Shown here one piece after another: positions 61,792-64,000 of a stretch of 64,000 nt of DNA. The translations under genes and the position numbers were made by a program. The notes under the pieces were generated by a model that worked only from the letters and a program-made list of their open reading frames with translations, was not told the origin of the DNA and searched no databases. Within the stretch, counting starts at the first letter, position 1. Each line of letters opens with the position of its first letter. The DNA comes from Malacoraja senta (lineage: Eukaryota): the NCBI GenBank assembly GCA_038087875.1, contig JAXLNO010000172.1, forward strand, positions 1-64,000, in the 5' to 3' direction.

Positions 61792-64000
61792 ATCATGCAA
61801 TTTCTGCAAGAGATTGAATCACTTCTCGGCGGTTTGCCGTTCCCGTGGGAACCTACCACCTGTTCCTAGACAAATATTAAACAACCTAGCACAAGTTGAT
61901 AGCGATTTTGGTTCCCAGTCCTCTCTCGACACTGCCCACGACTCTGAGGCAATTAGTTCTCAAGGAGATGCTAGCGTATTTACACTCCTACACGCACCTG
62001 CTCGCCTCCCCGATCCATCAGTCCTCATTACCATCAACAACTGTCTGTTCACAGCCAAACTCGACACGGGGGCAAAAGTCAATGTTATGTCAACAAACCT
62101 GTTCAGAAAGATTAGACATAATGAGCCACTGACTTCAGACCGTTCGACCTTACGTGCTTATGGGGGCGAGGTGCTGAAACCTGTGGGAAAGGCAACTTTT
62201 AATTGTGTGCTGCAAAAGTTATCGCGGCCCCTCATGTTTTATGTTCTGGACTCTGATTGTGTGACACTGTTGGGCAACCAGGCATGCCAAGACCTGGGAC
62301 TAGTGTCCTTCGACCGTACTGTCCACGAAATACAGTTGCCAATGGATCCGTTATCCGAGTACCCGGATCTGTTTGATAATGAGCTGGGCAAACTGCCCCT
62401 TGTCTACAAGATTGTCACCGACCCCAAAGTGGTGCCAGTGGTCCGTGCACCACACAGAATATCCCTTGCTTTAAAGGATAAAGTGGAAGCGATGCTGAAG
62501 AGCATGGTTACAATGGGGGTGCTGGAAGAAGTGAGCGAGCCCACCGAGTGGGTCTCCACCATGGTTGCTACCCTGAAAAAGGACAAAAACGAGATACGGG
62601 TGTGTATTAACCCCAAAGACCTGAACCTCGCGATCAGGCGGCCACACTACCCCATGAGAACCGTAGAGGACGTCGCAGCTCAGGTCGGCCAGGCTACGGT
62701 GTTTTCTGTCCTTGATGCAAAAAGCTCTTTCTGGCAAATACCACTCGATAAGCGCTCCTCCGACCTGACAACTTTTTCCACTCCTTATGGCAGATTTAAG
62801 TTTCTACGGATGCCATTCGGTATTAACTCTGCCAGTGAAGTGTTTCAGCGGTCCATGGAACAGCTGTTCGCTGGCATGCCATGCGCCATCATCGTTGACG
62901 ACATCCTAGTTTACGGGGAGAATGCCACCGAACATGATAAGAACCTCCGCAGAGTCCTGGACCGTGCCCGGCAGATCAACTTAAAACTGAACAAGAATAA
63001 ATGCCGGTTCCGTGTCTCGGAGGTGCCGTACGTCGGGCACATCTTCACTTCCAATGGACTGAAACCCGACCCGCAAAAGACTATTGCAATATCTGAAATG
63101 CCAGCCCCAACTGACGTGCTTGGTCTACAACGATTCCTGGGCATGGTCAACTACCTCGGGAAGTTTATACCGAATCTCAGTGAGCTGAGCTCATCGCTGA
63201 GACAGCTAACTAAGAAAGGCATCGACTGGTCCTGGTTTCCACAACACCAGCAGGCTTTTGAATGTCTGAAGTCTAAGCTGATCAGCACCCCAACACTCAA
63301 ATTCTTCGACCTGCGCCGTCCCATTGTTGTGACCTGTGATGCCTCTCGTTTCGGACTGGGTGCTGCTTGCCTGCAGCTCTACGGCGACAGCTCCCTGCTA
63401 CCGGTCTCGTATGCCTCTCGGACCATGACCGACACGGAGCAACGATATGCTCAGATCGAGAAGGAGCTCCTGGCTGTGGTGTTTGCTTGTTCCAAATTCA
63501 AAGACTTTCTCTTTGGCTGTAGATTCACAGTCGAGACCGACCACCAGCCACTGGTAACCATTCTTAACAAACCCATACATGTTGCCCCTGCCAGACTACA
63601 ACGTATGATGCTGCAACTCCAGCGTTTTGATTTTGAAATCACATACAAGAAGGGAATGGAGATGCATGTTGCTGACACACTTTCTCGTGCCCCACGGGCA
63701 TCCTGTGACCGCCACCCTTACGAGCGGGAAAACCTACTCGTACTTAATGTCAACTTTGTTCCAACCAAGCAGCTACAGAGCCTGATCGAGCACACCGCCG
63801 CGGACCCCGCACTGCAGCAGCTGGCTGCCATCATCAAGCGTGGGTGGCCCATCAAACGTACCAATTTGCCATCGGGTGCACAACCGTTCTTCCTGGTCCG
63901 CGACGAGCTGGTGATCCAGGATGGGGTTATCGTCAAAGGCCACAAAGTTGTGGTCCCAGCCTCTCTATACGATCTATACTACAACGCAGCCCACAGTGGT
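61781..64000 (+). CDS. Gypsy gag C-terminus and pol (protease, RT, RNase H); frame apparently open to the window end
   Basis: CNFCKRLNHFSAVC knuckle, AKLDTGAKVNV protease, VLDAKSSFWQI / RMPFGI / IVDDILV RT, and CDAS...YASRT..EQRYAQIEKELLAVVF...TDHQPL RNase H. Confidence 0.9.

Larger units (their letters stand above)
60757..64000 (+). mobile_element. Ty3/Gypsy LTR retrotransposon (Mag/K02A2.6-like), running off the window
   Basis: LTR and PBS, then gag, protease, RT and RNase H in Gypsy order. Confidence 0.95.

Overview
Vertebrate genomic DNA. The repeat landscape (HE1-like V-SINEs, Deu-domain SINE remnant, abundant CR1, Rex-Babar and Penelope-derived repeats) points to a cartilaginous fish, probably a skate or ray; this is inference. 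The window holds the last eight coding exons of DNMT3A on the + strand (9704-50877). They match human exons 16-23 in size (85/146/91/149/86/70/119/142 nt), all introns are GT-AG, and they encode the whole catalytic domain. A long 3' UTR follows. Introns and flanks are full of LINEs (CR1, L2, Rex-Babar), SINEs and short Penelope-type elements, and a Gypsy LTR retrotransposon runs off the right edge. Main observations: (1) a family of ~100-200 bp TSD-flanked mini-elements carrying a minimal hammerhead-ribozyme core, several inside DNMT3A introns; (2) an in-frame alternative 5' splice site that would add LVKER at the start of the target-recognition region; (3) seven miR-29 seed sites in the 3' UTR, split by alternative poly(A) signals; (4) a three-level CR1>Rex-Babar>L2 nest whose 'intact' L2 ORF hides a compensated double frameshift. 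Repeat boundaries were read by eye and are approximate.
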